This document shows positions 22,654-35,643 of a stretch of 64,000 bases of DNA, one piece after another; position 1 is the stretch's first letter; every line of letters starts with the position of its first letter. Both the position numbers and the translations under genes were made by a program. Under the pieces are notes generated by a model. That model had not been told where the DNA came from, did no database searches, and was given only the letters and a program-made list of their open reading frames with translations. This DNA comes from Lepidodermella squamata (Eukaryota > Animalia > Gastrotricha), in contig JBLDXI010000064.1 in NCBI GenBank assembly GCA_047495785.1, positions 186,001 to 250,000 on the forward strand. Reading direction: 5' to 3'.

Positions 22654-25600
22654 ATGGTTTCTTATCACCTTGCTATGCTGCTGGCCCTAATGCTATCTTC
22701 AAGCGATGTTGCTTTAGGTAAAGAGAAGAACTGGGTTCGATGCTTCTCGCAGTTTAGCAACCGATTCACCAGCTGCAACACAGCTGCCGATGGATGTAAT
22801 CCGCTCACCGAATACCAGGTTTTTCTACTCAATGTTATCTTCGAATCATAGACAAATAATAATTTGTCTATTATTATTATTATTTGTCTATGCTTCGAAT
22901 AAAAACAGTTCATACACATTTTTCTCCATCGACAGTTAAGCTCAATTTTTCGAACAACCGGTGAATGCAACACTGGGGTATGTCAACTTTTCTGCTAAGT
23001 CTGTTTTTAATTGATTTTTCTATAGAATGCCAGGATGTGCTACAAATTCGAGGCTCTTACTCCGTTCTGCGTACCTGGCAACGTCGGCTGTAACAACCCA
23101 GGTGATATGAATGTAAGCCTCATTCCATTTTGTGAAGTCTCTAAATCAAACTATTTGTTTGCTTTTTCTCACATCGTTGAAGAAATATGATTTTTGTATT
23201 TCAGACGTTCTGGTTTAACGATCAGACTGCGACGCTGAGCTTGAAATTCAACCTCAACGAATGTGAGAAAAAGAAAGCTGCATTCGAGGTAAGATTTCCG
23301 GAAACTTGACTGTCACGGAATATGTTTCACGTTTGTTTTATTCCAGACTTCGAAATTCAGGCGCTGTACCTCGAACAATGCCATCAAGACTTGCGTTCCG
23401 GATCCGTTTTCTTGCCCCAACAACTGGGTGCGTCATTTGCACCGTCAGTGGTCTCGTATTTTGTATTCTCGTCTTCGTTTCGCCTACAGGTTACTGAATC
23501 AACTGTGTATCCGAATCTTGCGTCTTGCACTAATGGAACAGGTTTGTGGATTTGATGTACTTATTTGGTAAAAAATGTGTTAAAAAAATCGGTCAATTAA
23601 TCGTGGGGGTTAGTATTGGAGGTAGGATATTCTAAGAAATACTGTATCACAATAATTAAAAAGTTGTAGCCAGTGAGATTTGCGGATTGCCAATGCAGGC
23701 AGTGCGCCGGAAAGGATCCTCTAGCTAGGGCTATTGCGTGCTAAAAAATTTAAATCAAAAGGGAATTTCCTGTTATCTCTCCGAGGCCTCTCGAGTTGAT
23801 TTCTTGACATTTTTACATTTCCCCTTGCTTGAAAAATTGTTGAAGGTAGGGGTTAATTTAGTTATAGGGTGCTTAATTTTGGACGCCTCGCTAGCATATG
23901 TTGGAAAGGCACAGACATTTCGCTCTCGTCAAGATACTGTTTCAAGAATATAAAAAAATTGAAATTATTTTCGACCGGCATAGAGAACGTAGTGAATCAC
24001 TACGTTCTCTATGTCGACCGGGAATTAGGGAGTCCCAAACAGGGAGTTTTGTTATTTTATTTATTCAATTTATTTCTTTAATTAGGGACCTTCTTGATTC
24101 GATCATAGCCAATCATTGCCCCGTATTTCGTGTTCTATTCCAATATTTCAATTTCCCTAAAATGAAGAAGATATTTTTGCCCCCAGCTATTTCTATCGGT
24201 TTATAAAATTTGCTAAAAATCGGATATATTTCGCAATTCAGTATCGCTAATACGCTGGATACGGGGGTAACAGTGGATTTTGGAAAAAATCCAAAGATTC
24301 ATCGTGTCGTTTTTCTGCGGAATTGAATTGAAATCTAAAGCTGATGAATCGCAAATCCACGTTTTGCGGTGGATCTTTGATGAACCATTTGGACTACACA
24401 GAAACTTTGAAGACTGCTAACCAGTAGACGAGCCAATGTTGAAATGGTTAATCATAGATCCACCGTAAAACGTGGATTCTTCAGCTTTCGATTTCCCTCC
24501 CAGGACAGTCTCTTTATCCAATTTTGAACAGTCCGACGTCATTTTCAAGTCTTGCATGACATTGATTGAGGTTTTATGTTTTCGTGTTTTTCAGTCGCGG
24601 TTCCTGTGAGCGAAAAGCCGCACATCCGCTGTTTCGACTCGGCAACTGGCAAATTCAACGCCTGCCGGCCACAAAGCACTGGCTGCTTGGCTAACAATGA
24701 AACTCAGCAATATTCGACTAATGTGTTCATCAACTATCAAAGCTGCCTGCTCGGAGTAAGTCTTTTCTAATTTACTTGCAGTTGATGTCTAATTTTTTAT
24801 TTGAACAGAACGCGGTTTCATGCAAAGATTCGTCTAACCGAAGCTCATGCTACGCCGCCTGCCCTCGAGACCTAACTCAGGTGAAACTTTGAAAACTCAC
24901 GAATAAATTTTTCTATAGGCATGATTCTAAAACAGGTTAAGCTCTTCTCGGACTCGCAATCTTTCCAGCTGAACCACGGCAAGTGCATCGATGAGATAAC
25001 GCCCAAGGTGAGTTCGCATTAATTAACTTGTTCGGAATCCTGAATGTCGCTAGCTAGTCGCAAGTTCAACTGAAATTACATTTTATGGCATACGGCCTAG
25101 TTTGAGCTTTGGGTTTGATGGTATAGCAATAAGGCAATCAGTTTAGCTTCATCGCGGCTTCAATCGGACAATCGATGCAAGAAGAGCCGTGTTCCAGCAT
25201 GCTTAACGTGGATGTTCATATAGCTTTTAAATTTTCAATTCCCAAAAACTGTAAGATCTGTAAAAAGAATGGGATAGTCCCCTGGTACATTTCAATATTT
25301 TCAATCAATTTTTAGAAGTTATTTATTTTTTGATTAATTGAAAATCAACAACAACAACAAATATGATTCATTTTGTGGGTCTAACGGAAGGGAAAGAAGG
25401 GCGTGGCGTGAGGGGCGTCTCCTGGCTTTATTACTATCACTTGAAACTTGAACAAAATCGAGATGACAAAAAATGTTACCTACTGTCACATGTAAATTTT
25501 AGCCGTCTGGGTATTTCCGCTGCGTCGACAACAGCGATGGAACAGTTCACTGCGTCACGGCGTCGGCAGGCTGCAATGCGGCAACTCAGCTTCGAATTCC

Positions 25601-26018
25601 GGCTAATGTGGTCTATCCGGACGAGAACACTTGCAAGAGTGCGACCAAAAAGTACACGGTGGTGGGTTATACGGGTGGCTTATATTCGGGTAACAGAACT
25701 GACAGCGTGGCGAAATGCGCCGCAATCAATGCTACGATGGCGACGATTCGGTCTGACGCTGAGCTTGCTGCTGCTAAACAAGCGCTGACGGCGGTGGGGT
25801 ATGGTCAAGCTTGGATCGCTCTCAATCAGGAAAACAGCAAATTAAGTTGGGATGATGGCTCCAGTTTCACTCAAGCCAGCCAGTGGGTTGGTGGTGTTGG
25901 CAAATGTGGTTTCATCTCATATTACTACGCCGCCTTTGGTGCTGTCAAAGTCGATGGTTATTACTATACGGTAGCTAGTTGTAGTATCGAATTACCCGTC
26001 TTATGCGAGTCGTTTTAG
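22654..26018 (+). CDS. Secreted protein: six 4-Cys repeats + C-terminal C-type lectin-like domain (copy B), 10 exons
   Basis: Signal peptide MVSYHLAMLLALMLSSSDVALG; all exons join in frame via GT-AG; last exon 25503-26018 has C...MATIRS..E, AWIAL, WDDGS, C...C...LCE. Confidence 0.88.
24330..24495. repeat. Fold-back/MITE-like inverted repeat in an intron
   Basis: AATCCACGTTTTGCGGTGGATCT versus AGATCCACCGTAAAACGTGGATT, with further flanking complementarity. Confidence 0.65.
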
Positions 26019-26363
26019 TGATACAATTTTCTTCTGAAGCACGCCTTGTGACTTGTGAGATTGTCGTAAGAAGCCGAAGTAAAATAATACTTTTCGGGGA
26101 AATTATATTCTTTTGACACGTGACAAGTTGATTGATTTTCATCAATGGCCAAGATCGACGGGCTCCGAAAACTTTAAACCAGAAACTATTAAAACTATTA
26201 AATAGCATAAAATTCGCGAATATTTATGTGGAGGTCGCAGATTCACGTGAATGAGGACGCAAACAAAAATGCTGAAACGCGAAGTTTGGCAATTTTCGAC
26301 ATAGACTGAATCCGATCCCGTTCGATCATGCAAGATCCTGAAATTGAGATGAAAAATTAATAT

Positions 26364-26995
26364 CTCTCAGCGGAACCAAAGCCGTAACATGCCAAGAGTC
26401 ATTTGTTGAATAATTTACGAATTTCAAGCTAGGAAGGAGTTCTGAAATTCCTACCTAATATTCTTAACAATCTTGAATTTCCCGAAATAATATATTATTT
26501 ATGGCTCATTTCGGTCTTTAAATTATTTAATTTTTTTCAATTATATTCCATATAAATATTATTTTTATAATAAAATGCAGAGGAATCCCCTGAAACTTAA
26601 TGTGTATCACGCGTAATTGCATCCAATAAATCTATCACCGATTATCGTTTTGAAAAATCGAAAATCGGCCTCAGGAAAGCAGCATCACAGGCCGCCTTCC
26701 AAGCTTTATATTTCTTTCTATGTAGATTTTGTTATATCTTATAGCGGAACCAAATTTACGGTGAGCGGAACCTAATTTGCTGTAGCGGAACCTATCAAAA
26801 TTCATTTTTTGAATATTTCTACGAAATTTAGGCTAAGGATGAATTTTGAACTGAACACTTCGTCTTATTGAGAATGTTGCCCTGAATTCACTGGTGAATT
26901 TTCTAGAATTATTGTGACCAATCTTGACCTGCAAGAAATGTCAAAAAACCTATTTCAGGCTACTACAAAATTCCAAAATTTGGCTCCGCTGACAG
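26364..26995. mobile_element. MITE-like element
   Basis: Ends CTCTCAGCGGAACCAAA and TTTGGCTCCGCTGACAG are imperfect inverted repeats; internal AGCGGAACC repeats at 26743-26792. Confidence 0.5.
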
Positions 26996-27389
26996 GAGGA
27001 CTCTTGTTATATCGAAAATATCGACAATATTATCTCTACACTTGGTCATAGCCAATTTTTAAATGCTGAAAAATTGTACGTGAAACGTGAATTACTCTCT
27101 TTGACGAGTTGGCAGGCGATTTTATTGCTTCGAAGATGCCCACGTTTTAATTGATAACTAACAGAGATAACATGGTAATAAATCGATTTGGGTCACGCCA
27201 ACGCGGACGGTGTGACCTGATTTATATTACAAGCCTTATATTCGATGTTGTGCGTGCGTTTTATTACCAAAACATCACCACATATTATTACTATTATTGT
27301 TATCTTACTTGAGAATCGCGTTTTAATGTGGGGCACATTCAAATATTTTTATTATTTTTATTCAGAATTTAATTTTTCGAAAATTTTAA

Positions 27390-28539
27390 ATGTCGCTTGT
27401 TACTCTGCTGGTCAAGGTCCTTAAAATTTTTCCTTAAAATTTGTAAAATTATTTTAATTTTCAACACAGCAACTTTTGGATGGCATGACAAGGGCTGATT
27501 TGCAGACTCTGTTGACGAATCACTTCAATTATTCGGCGACTAATCTCGCGCCGAAAAAGAAGAACGAACTGCGCGATTTCGTCGATCGCGCCATTTCCGA
27601 CCTCGAAAGCGGCTATGAAAACGAACAGCTGTTGAATAGCATCGTCGAAATCGGCAGGTAACATTCTTTTTTTTCTCGAGGGAATTTTTTTACAAAATTT
27701 GTAAAATTTATTTTTAGGTACAAAAATATTGCTAAAGAAATGTGAGTTTTCGCGATCAATAATCTTTTTTCAATTTTTATTTTCATGATTAATTTTAGGA
27801 AAAGAACCGCGGCAACGTCCGGTGAGCCAGTTTATAAGGGACCTGTTACTATTCGGAAACGGAAATCGGTAATTTTTAAAAAATTTATTAAATAATTTTT
27901 CAGAATTTAACAAACAATTTAATTTCTTCCTATTTTTGCAGATTTTTTTGCCAAGTGACGAAGGGACTAATAGTAAATCAGATGAGCTTGTTACTTCGGA
28001 GTGCTCCTCGTCATCCTTAAACTCGCCGGCATTTCATTCAAATTATCGATTTCGAGAACGCCAAAGTTCGAAGAAAATCGCTAGAAAATCCCGATATTTT
28101 CTCCGCGAAACAATCGCAACACCGGCTAATCGGTTCTTCTTCACTCCCTCTGAAGGCGTAAGTTAGAAAATAAATTCGTTGACTGATTGAAGTTGAAACC
28201 ATTATTCAATAAAATTAAATTAAATTGTTTCTCGTCAAAAAATTGCAATGGGCATTTTTTCTAATTTCTATGTACACCTGATTTTTTTTTAATTTTAAAA
28301 TTAGGATAAGACTGGAAAAATATTCTTAATAATTTTAGTCGAATAAATTCTCCTGCTCGAAATTTAGGTTTTATGCTAAAGAAAAATTTATCAATTTGAA
28401 TATTGAAATTTTTTGTAATTTTGAAATTTATTTTTTAAAGACGATCGGATCAGTGTTCGATAGTACTACGGTGTTCGACCGAAGCAGCGGCGATGTGTAC
28501 CTGCCATCAATCGATGTTGAATCCACGTCAACTTATTAA
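27390..28539 (+). CDS. Uncharacterised six-exon protein with a possible N-terminal SAP/Rho-N-like helical motif
   Basis: Exons join in frame: MSLVTLLVK|QLLDGMTRADLQTLL...PKKKNELRDFV...|...IRKRKS|...|...VESTSTY*; AATAAA downstream. Confidence 0.6.
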
Positions 28540-28919
28540 AAAATTTCAAGACTCTTTTTTTCGATTTTCGATTTATTTCAATAACGAAAATGTAACAGCA
28601 ATTTATCTGATAGCTTTAAACAATTTATTAATGACTTTGAAATAAAACACCTTTAAATTGGCATTTCGATGTAAAAAAATGTTGCTCTTTCAATCTTGTC
28701 AATTGCTTTCTACTTGAAATATCCGGTTACAAGGCAGGCAGCTGCTTTCAATGTAGCTAATCGGCTATTAGCAGCGATTGAATTTTCAGTCCGCATACAT
28801 TTTGTTTCCAGGGTCTTGGGATTACTGTCACTCGATATTCAGTTTATTTCACGTGTAACCATTTTTCAAGCTACATTTTCTGCGAAAAAATGTACAAGTT
28901 ATTTTTCATTTTTTTAACG

Positions 28920-29660
28920 ATGCTATTGAACGACGTGATATGCGATGAACCGACATCAACACAAGCGGATGAATCCAGGCAAAAATCACAGCTCAAAGGT
29001 AAGTCATTTCAGGCAAAAATTAAAACTTAAAAATTAAAGAATAATACCTGCATTTTTGGGAGATGACATTTTTAGCTTTCGAAATTCGGAAAAACATTGA
29101 AAAAAATTTCAGAAAACTTTGGAAAATTTTTCGGAATTATGCAAGGTCAATCAACAAACTAAAATTTTTACGAGGATTTATCCAATGTAAAAATTATTTA
29201 AAAAAAATTCAATTGCATTTTTTCGTAATTTATTTGAATATGTTTAGAAATATTTCTTCAATTTCCCCTTATTTGAATTTTTTGAATATTTTTCGAGATT
29301 TTTTGAATATTATTAGGAATTTTTCTAGGACTGTTTAATATCACTTTTTCAAAATCCCAATTCTAATTTTCAGGTTCGATACGGCTTAAATTACTGAGAG
29401 AGGCCTTTGATAGTTATTTTTCGCAAAATGGAACCGCGATTGGAATTGATTCGAAAATCATCGAACAACAGCAGCAGCAGGGTGTGTACAAGTTAGCTGT
29501 TCTACCGCGATTGGCTCGGCTGATCAAGCGGTTCGATCGAGCGGAACGGCACAGTCGATACGTGGCGTGCCTCAAGCGATACGGCCTCAATAAAACGGCT
29601 AGGTTAACGCTGTTGCTCGTTCAGCGATGCAGCCGCGAAGCGGCAAATCGAATTTTCTAA
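28920..29660 (+). CDS. Small two-exon protein of unknown function
   Basis: MLLNDVICDEP...SQLK(G) with GTAAG donor and TTTCAG acceptor; second exon open to TAA; AATAAA at ~29692; true start uncertain. Confidence 0.5.
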
Positions 29661-29883
29661 TGATTTAATCATTTTCAATATTTTCGAGATGAATAAAAAA
29701 AATGATGTGTTATTTCTAGAATGTTTTGAATTGTTACTTTTTCCCACGAGCGGTAATCAGTCGCGTGCTGTCAACGTGGCGCGGCCAGGAAAAATAATTT
29801 TCATGAATCAAAATAATTTTTTTTTCGGATTTTATTGAGTGGTATTGAGTTTTCAATTTAATTTGTTCATATTTTTATTTAGA

Positions 29884-32800
29884 ATGATTAGAATAGCCGT
29901 GCTAATTTTTGCGGTATTTATTACTGGCTCGTATGCTCCGCCTCCCACCCCGCTATTCGTAATTTCGCGGTTTTAATTTATTTCGCCAATTTTTGTTTTC
30001 AATTATTCCAGGATGCTCCAACTAAAGCTGTTTTGAAACAAATCAACGATCACCTGAGTGATGCTCATGGTTTAGCTAAGGTGAGTCGAAATCATTGAAT
30101 TTCAAAAAAATCTTGAAATTTCGAAAATTTAAATTTTTTTAAAAATTCCATATAATTTCAAAAAAAATTGTAAAAATTAAAAAAATGTTAAACAATTTTC
30201 ATGTAATTTTCAATTTTCAAAATAGAAGACTTAAATCGGTTTAACTGGGAATTTATAGAGAATTTAATCGAACAAAAATCATAAAATCATAAAAATTCAA
30301 TAAGGCTTAAAATTATAATTCTTTCAATTTTCATGCCATCAAAATTGTCGTTCTACTTCAAGTTGACGAATAACTTTCACCTCTGTTTTTCTATTGAAGA
30401 ATGCTGATTTTGCGTCGACGCAAGTTGTCGATTTTACTGCCAATCAAATGGTGCCGATTTTCAGCCAGCAACAGGCCGCCATGATTTACAATTACCTGCT
30501 TAACCCGAACGGTTTCACGGCGCCGGCCGATAGTGTGGTCCAAAAATGGGACAGTCCCATTTTCTACAAATTAGACGCTAGTGTACCAGGTAATAAAATG
30601 AATAGTCGGTTTTAAAAATTACGTGAAAAATTTATTTGCATTTTTTAATTTTTGGTTGAAAATTAAATTTTTAAAATTTTAACTGATTTAAATTTGTATT
30701 TTTCTTTAATATAGCCAGCCCGGACGGTGCTAAAATTGCCAATATTTTGACTGCTTTCGCTGATGCGGCGGGTGTTACGTTTCAAGAATGGCAAGGGGCG
30801 CCCAGCGGTAACGGCATCATCATCGAAAAATCAGACAGGTAAAACCTTGTTTCGCGCGGTTTTAATGAATATTCAAGCGTGAATTTTTGCTGCCAGTGAT
30901 TACGCGTTTTACGGCAAAATAGCGACCGCCGAGCCGCAGAAAATCTCCTACAGCGACGTGAAAAATTTCCTACTCGGCCTTCTCATCACTTTCGGCTTCG
31001 TGAGTTTCGAAAAATGTTTACAAAATTTTTTTGAATATTTTTGAAATTTTAGAAAAATTCGACATAAAATAGGATATTATTGAATTTTGCCATTTGACAT
31101 TCGGAAAAAATATCGGGAAAAATGTGGTACAAACGGGTAAAAAAACCGAAAATTACCGAGCCGGGTACCATCAAATTCCTTTAAGTTAATGATAAGAGAT
31201 TCTCTTATCAAAGCCTAAGACATATTTTTATTCGATATAATTTCAAAAATATGTTTTTGAAATATCTCGAATTTGAATTTTCAAATTTTCAAATTTTTTT
31301 TTTCCGAAATTTGTCTCGCTGATGAATTTTTGAATTTATTTTTTATACAGCCTCCTGAACATACCCGAATCGATCGCGATTATTCTATCACCGTTAATTG
31401 GGCCGCCATTGCCTGGTGAGTAATTGAATAATTTCATCTCATTTTAATTTTAATTCAATTTTCTAATTTTTTTCAGGGATTATCGATTTTTATTCGCAAT
31501 TATTCCATGGCACGATACGCGAGCTTCGGTGCCGTTCGATTTCGCCTCAGCCTCGCTGTTCAACCCGCATTCGTTTTCGAACGACATTTTCCTGCGCGCT
31601 TTCCTGCCGAAAGATCTGCGCGATCTGGCGACGATTGCCTCGAACAAGTATGAACTGTCGCTCGAGGACAAGAAACGGCTGTACATCCTGCAATGGGGTG
31701 AGTTAACCGAACTAGTTTAGATGTGATATTATTCTAAAAATGTCATTATTGGTTGTTGGTTATTCAAATTCTCATAATTCTCCGAAAAACCGCAATACTT
31801 TCGTGAATTATATGCGTAAATTTTGGAGCAATTTAAAATTGATAATATAGAGAAAATCGGAATTGGAGGCAAAACTGACGATTTTTTCAGCAAATCTTCT
31901 CACCTTGGAAATTGATCGAATTTTATAACGGAAAATCAATTTATTTATCAGCTGAATCTAAACTTTTTTACATTGTTAAAATTGTTAAAAAATATTATAA
32001 AAAAGAGGAAAATAAAGTTCCAAATTTTGATAAATGTGAGCGGCATTAATGCAAAATCCAGACCAAAATCAGAAGACAAAGGACAATTTTTCAGGTGAAA
32101 CCCAAATTAACTTTGGTCTTATTAAAATTAGAGGTTCCCGAGAAATTTTTCTGATCTTGAAATTTTCATGGAAACATTTCATGCCTTTTTCAAAAATGTT
32201 TTCGAAAAATATTCCGCATACCCCGGGAAAACCCGATGGTAAATGGATCGGTATTATTCAGTTTATTCCACATTTTTCCGGATTAGTATCTTCAAGGTCG
32301 TTTCTCAGACTTCTGATACATTGGAAAAATCGCAGATTTTCCAAATCGATCGCTAAAATTGATTTGAAAATCTATCGGTTTGGCTTGGTAGAAAAGGAAA
32401 ATCGAGATTTTATGCAGATGAGGAAGGGTCTTACTATTAGCGCAACCAAATTTTGGAATTTTGAATGGCATTTAAAACCACGTTTCGAAATAGTCAAAAT
32501 TGTTTTGATTGATCGGCATGATTGTCAATAAATCACCTTAAATTTCAGCGCTAAATTCTGTACAAGACGCATTCATCACCGTAAAATTCATACAACGCCT
32601 TAATTTCGTTTCGCCTTAACCTTTCGCTTACCTAAAAATAAGGTTCCGCAACAGGAAAATTTGGTTCCATTTGGTAATATATTTGTTTATTATTTGTTTA
32701 TTTATTGATAAAAATTAACCAAAAATTACAAATCAATCGAATAATTTATTTTTGGGAATAATAATTTTTTCATTAATCGGTTATTAATTTGTATAACATT

Positions 32801-35643
32801 AATTTATAGGCTCATTGTGCTCATCGACCACGCCGTCATGCTTGAACGGCGGCTTCCCTGTGCCAGCCGCCAACGCCCCCGGCAGCCCAACCTGCAGCCG
32901 ATGCATCTGCCCCAGCGGCCTATCAGGCGCCGACTGTTCAACCATCGGCGCTGCCTCATCGCCGTGCAACCAAGACGTCGTCGAAATCCCACCCTGCAAA
33001 CGCGTCTCCTTCGCCTTGCCGACGTACGCGAGCGGCGACGCGTGCACCCGGCGCTACCGAACCGCCGGCAACGGCTTCATCTTCGGCTTCGACGGCCGCC
33101 CCGGCCTGAGGTGCGGCGCCCTGAATAACGACCTGGCTTGCGAGGACTACGTCGAGGTGAGGGCAGTGGCGGCGGATGGCAAGCTGGGACCGGCGAGGCG
33201 GTTTTGCGCGTGCGGCGTCACGGCTGGCCGCGTTGCGACCATCGACACGCATGAGGTCATCGTCACGTTCCAGAGCCGAGCGGCGACCCCGGGAACGCGC
33301 GGCTTCAAGCTCAACATCTACGCCACTTGCCAGGTAAAAATATTGAAAATAATCAGAGAATTTATGCTGATTTATTTTTTAATTAATTTTTTTAATTTGG
33401 ATAACAATTGAAAAAATTCTGAGAAAATTCGAATTAATCTCACCCTCAACTTTGAATTTTTCAAATTTTAAAAATTCACAAAATTGAAATTTTGATTTCG
33501 GGAAAATTAGTGAACAAAAAATTTCGTTTGGTTTGAAGCTCCGAAAATTCTGCACTTTGAATCGAACCTTTTGGGGGATTAAACATTCCCGACAGTTTGG
33601 CCAGTACAAATTTAAAAATTAATTCGAAAAAATTAATTATAAAACATTAGGAATTTTACTCAATATTATGAAAATTGGGACTGATTTGAGAATCGCAATT
33701 TTCGAACTCTTAATTTGAATGAACCTGTGTAGAAATGCCTGGAAAATTATTTTCTGAAATTTTGAAATATAGCCTTGGACCTGACCTCTGGACCTTTAAT
33801 AAAATAGTTCATGGGATGGATAATCAATCGCATGTCTCAACGATGCAATTGCTCCATTTATCTGAAAATCCTGAAAATGTTCATAATATTTTCAAAATTT
33901 CGAATTCCTAAAAACGAAATTTTGAATTAGCAGGAAAATGAAAAAATTAATTTTTAGTCTTTTGCTCAATTTTAATTTTTTTTTATTTTTAATTTCTGAG
34001 AAATGGGTGATTTCCCGTGAATTCTTATATAAATTTTTTATGGGAATTATTCTTCCGAATTTGAATTTCGCCTGAAGAATGTTTCATGCGTGTTGTATAG
34101 GGTGTTTCGGCTACGCACTACTCGAACCGGTGCCGCATCACTCCATCCGGCTACGACTACATAGGCATTAAAAGTGTCGCTGAGAACAACAAGACGTGCA
34201 TGCCGTGGCCGCCGGGCATCATCGACGACGAGCTCAACTACCCGATGGGCGATCGCCAGGCGTCGAAACACTACTGCCGCAACCCGTACCGCCAGCAGTC
34301 GGAGCCCTTCTGCTACACGGCGGCGTCTTACATCGAAACAGCCCAGTGCAATCCGATCCCGCATTGCCGTAAGCTAAACTCCTCATTGATACTTATCGCC
34401 CAAAAGAAATTACCTTTTGGCTGTTGGCTGAGAAACAAACATTTGGCTGAGAAAGTGAAATTTTCAGAAAAATTGAGAACATTTCAAAAAAATAATGAAA
34501 TTGAAATAAAATTGAAAAAATCAACACATTTCAGAAATCAAGCATTTAAGTGCAATTTATTTTACACTTTTTCAAAATTTCAAAATGTAAAAAGTTCAAA
34601 AGTTCAAAAAATGAAAACAAAATTGCGAAAATTCCCATCTAAATCGTTGGATAGCTGTGTCATAAGGCAACCTGATTGTTAAATCAGGCAGTCCCCATTT
34701 GTAATAAATGTTTATCTCTCTTTACAATTTTATTTCAATTTAGAACAGAAGTTTTTGTATTTGAAAATGCTGAAATTTTCTCAAAGTGAAATTTTGATCA
34801 GTTCCCAATCTTAAATTTATGAAATATCGGGAATCAAGCGATTTCCAGCTCCTTGACAACCGTTGCTAAGGTGTTTGCGTCAATAATTTATTGTTGATAA
34901 CCCGCAAGAAATACGAATGATTTTTCAGACTCGAGCGTTCGATGCAACCGGCGCAACGGCGACTTCAAGGCCTGTCGTGAATACAAGCCGAACGAGCCGA
35001 AATTCGGCTGCCACCCGGACGAATCCACGGTTTGAAAAAGGCACCATGAATGCGTTTAAATTTCCAAATCTTATCGTTAAACGCAGTTGACGCCACTTCG
35101 CGTATTCCCGGACCCAGATTCGTGCAATATTAACGTAATTTCAGGCCTCTTTTGATATAGCACTGATGTCAAAAATTTGGTTTAGGGTGTGAAAATGTGC
35201 TACGACTTTGATAGCTCGACGATCAAGTGCGTTGAAACGTTCCGTCAATGCCCTGCCCCTACCAGAAAGGTTCGTGCCCAAATTCCAGCCTTCAGTTGAA
35301 TCTTCTCATTTTTGTTGAATTAAATCAGATCGGCCACATCAGCTTGTACAAGCGATTCGAGAAGAACATGCGTTTCTGTAAGATGGGCAAGGTAATATTC
35401 CTGATCTTTTGACTCACTTCCGGCGTGATTCGACCCGATTTGTAGGTTCCGCACTTCCGCTGTGTCACCTATGCTGATCCGAATTCTTTCAAAGCCTGCC
35501 GACCTGTTAGCGTTGGATGCCGCAAAAACGTCGAGGTAAGCAGCAACTGTGACCATTTGCACAAATATACTCCCGCAATTATTTTCTAGTATTCGGTTGG
35601 CGAGTACGAAGATCTAACCAGTTGCATTCCTGAGTGGCTATAA
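29884..35643 (+). CDS. Secreted inactive astacin-like protein: signal, pro-region, dead M12A domain, EGF, CUB, kringle, three 4-Cys repeats
   Basis: Spliced frame intact; GFPPEHTRIDRD astacin signature remnant; CLNGGF...CICPSGLSGADC EGF; CEDYVEVR...RFC...VTFQS...GFKL CUB; YDYIG...CMPW...YCRNP...PFCYT kringle; ends YEDLTSCIPEWL*. Confidence 0.85.

Noticed and set aside
32049-32531. 160-aa ORF
   Set aside because: Lies in an intron of the astacin-like gene and overlaps a dispersed repeat also seen near 51490-51600.
32799-34377. Alternative-frame and antisense ORFs over the EGF/CUB and kringle exons
   Set aside because: By-products of GC-rich coding exons.
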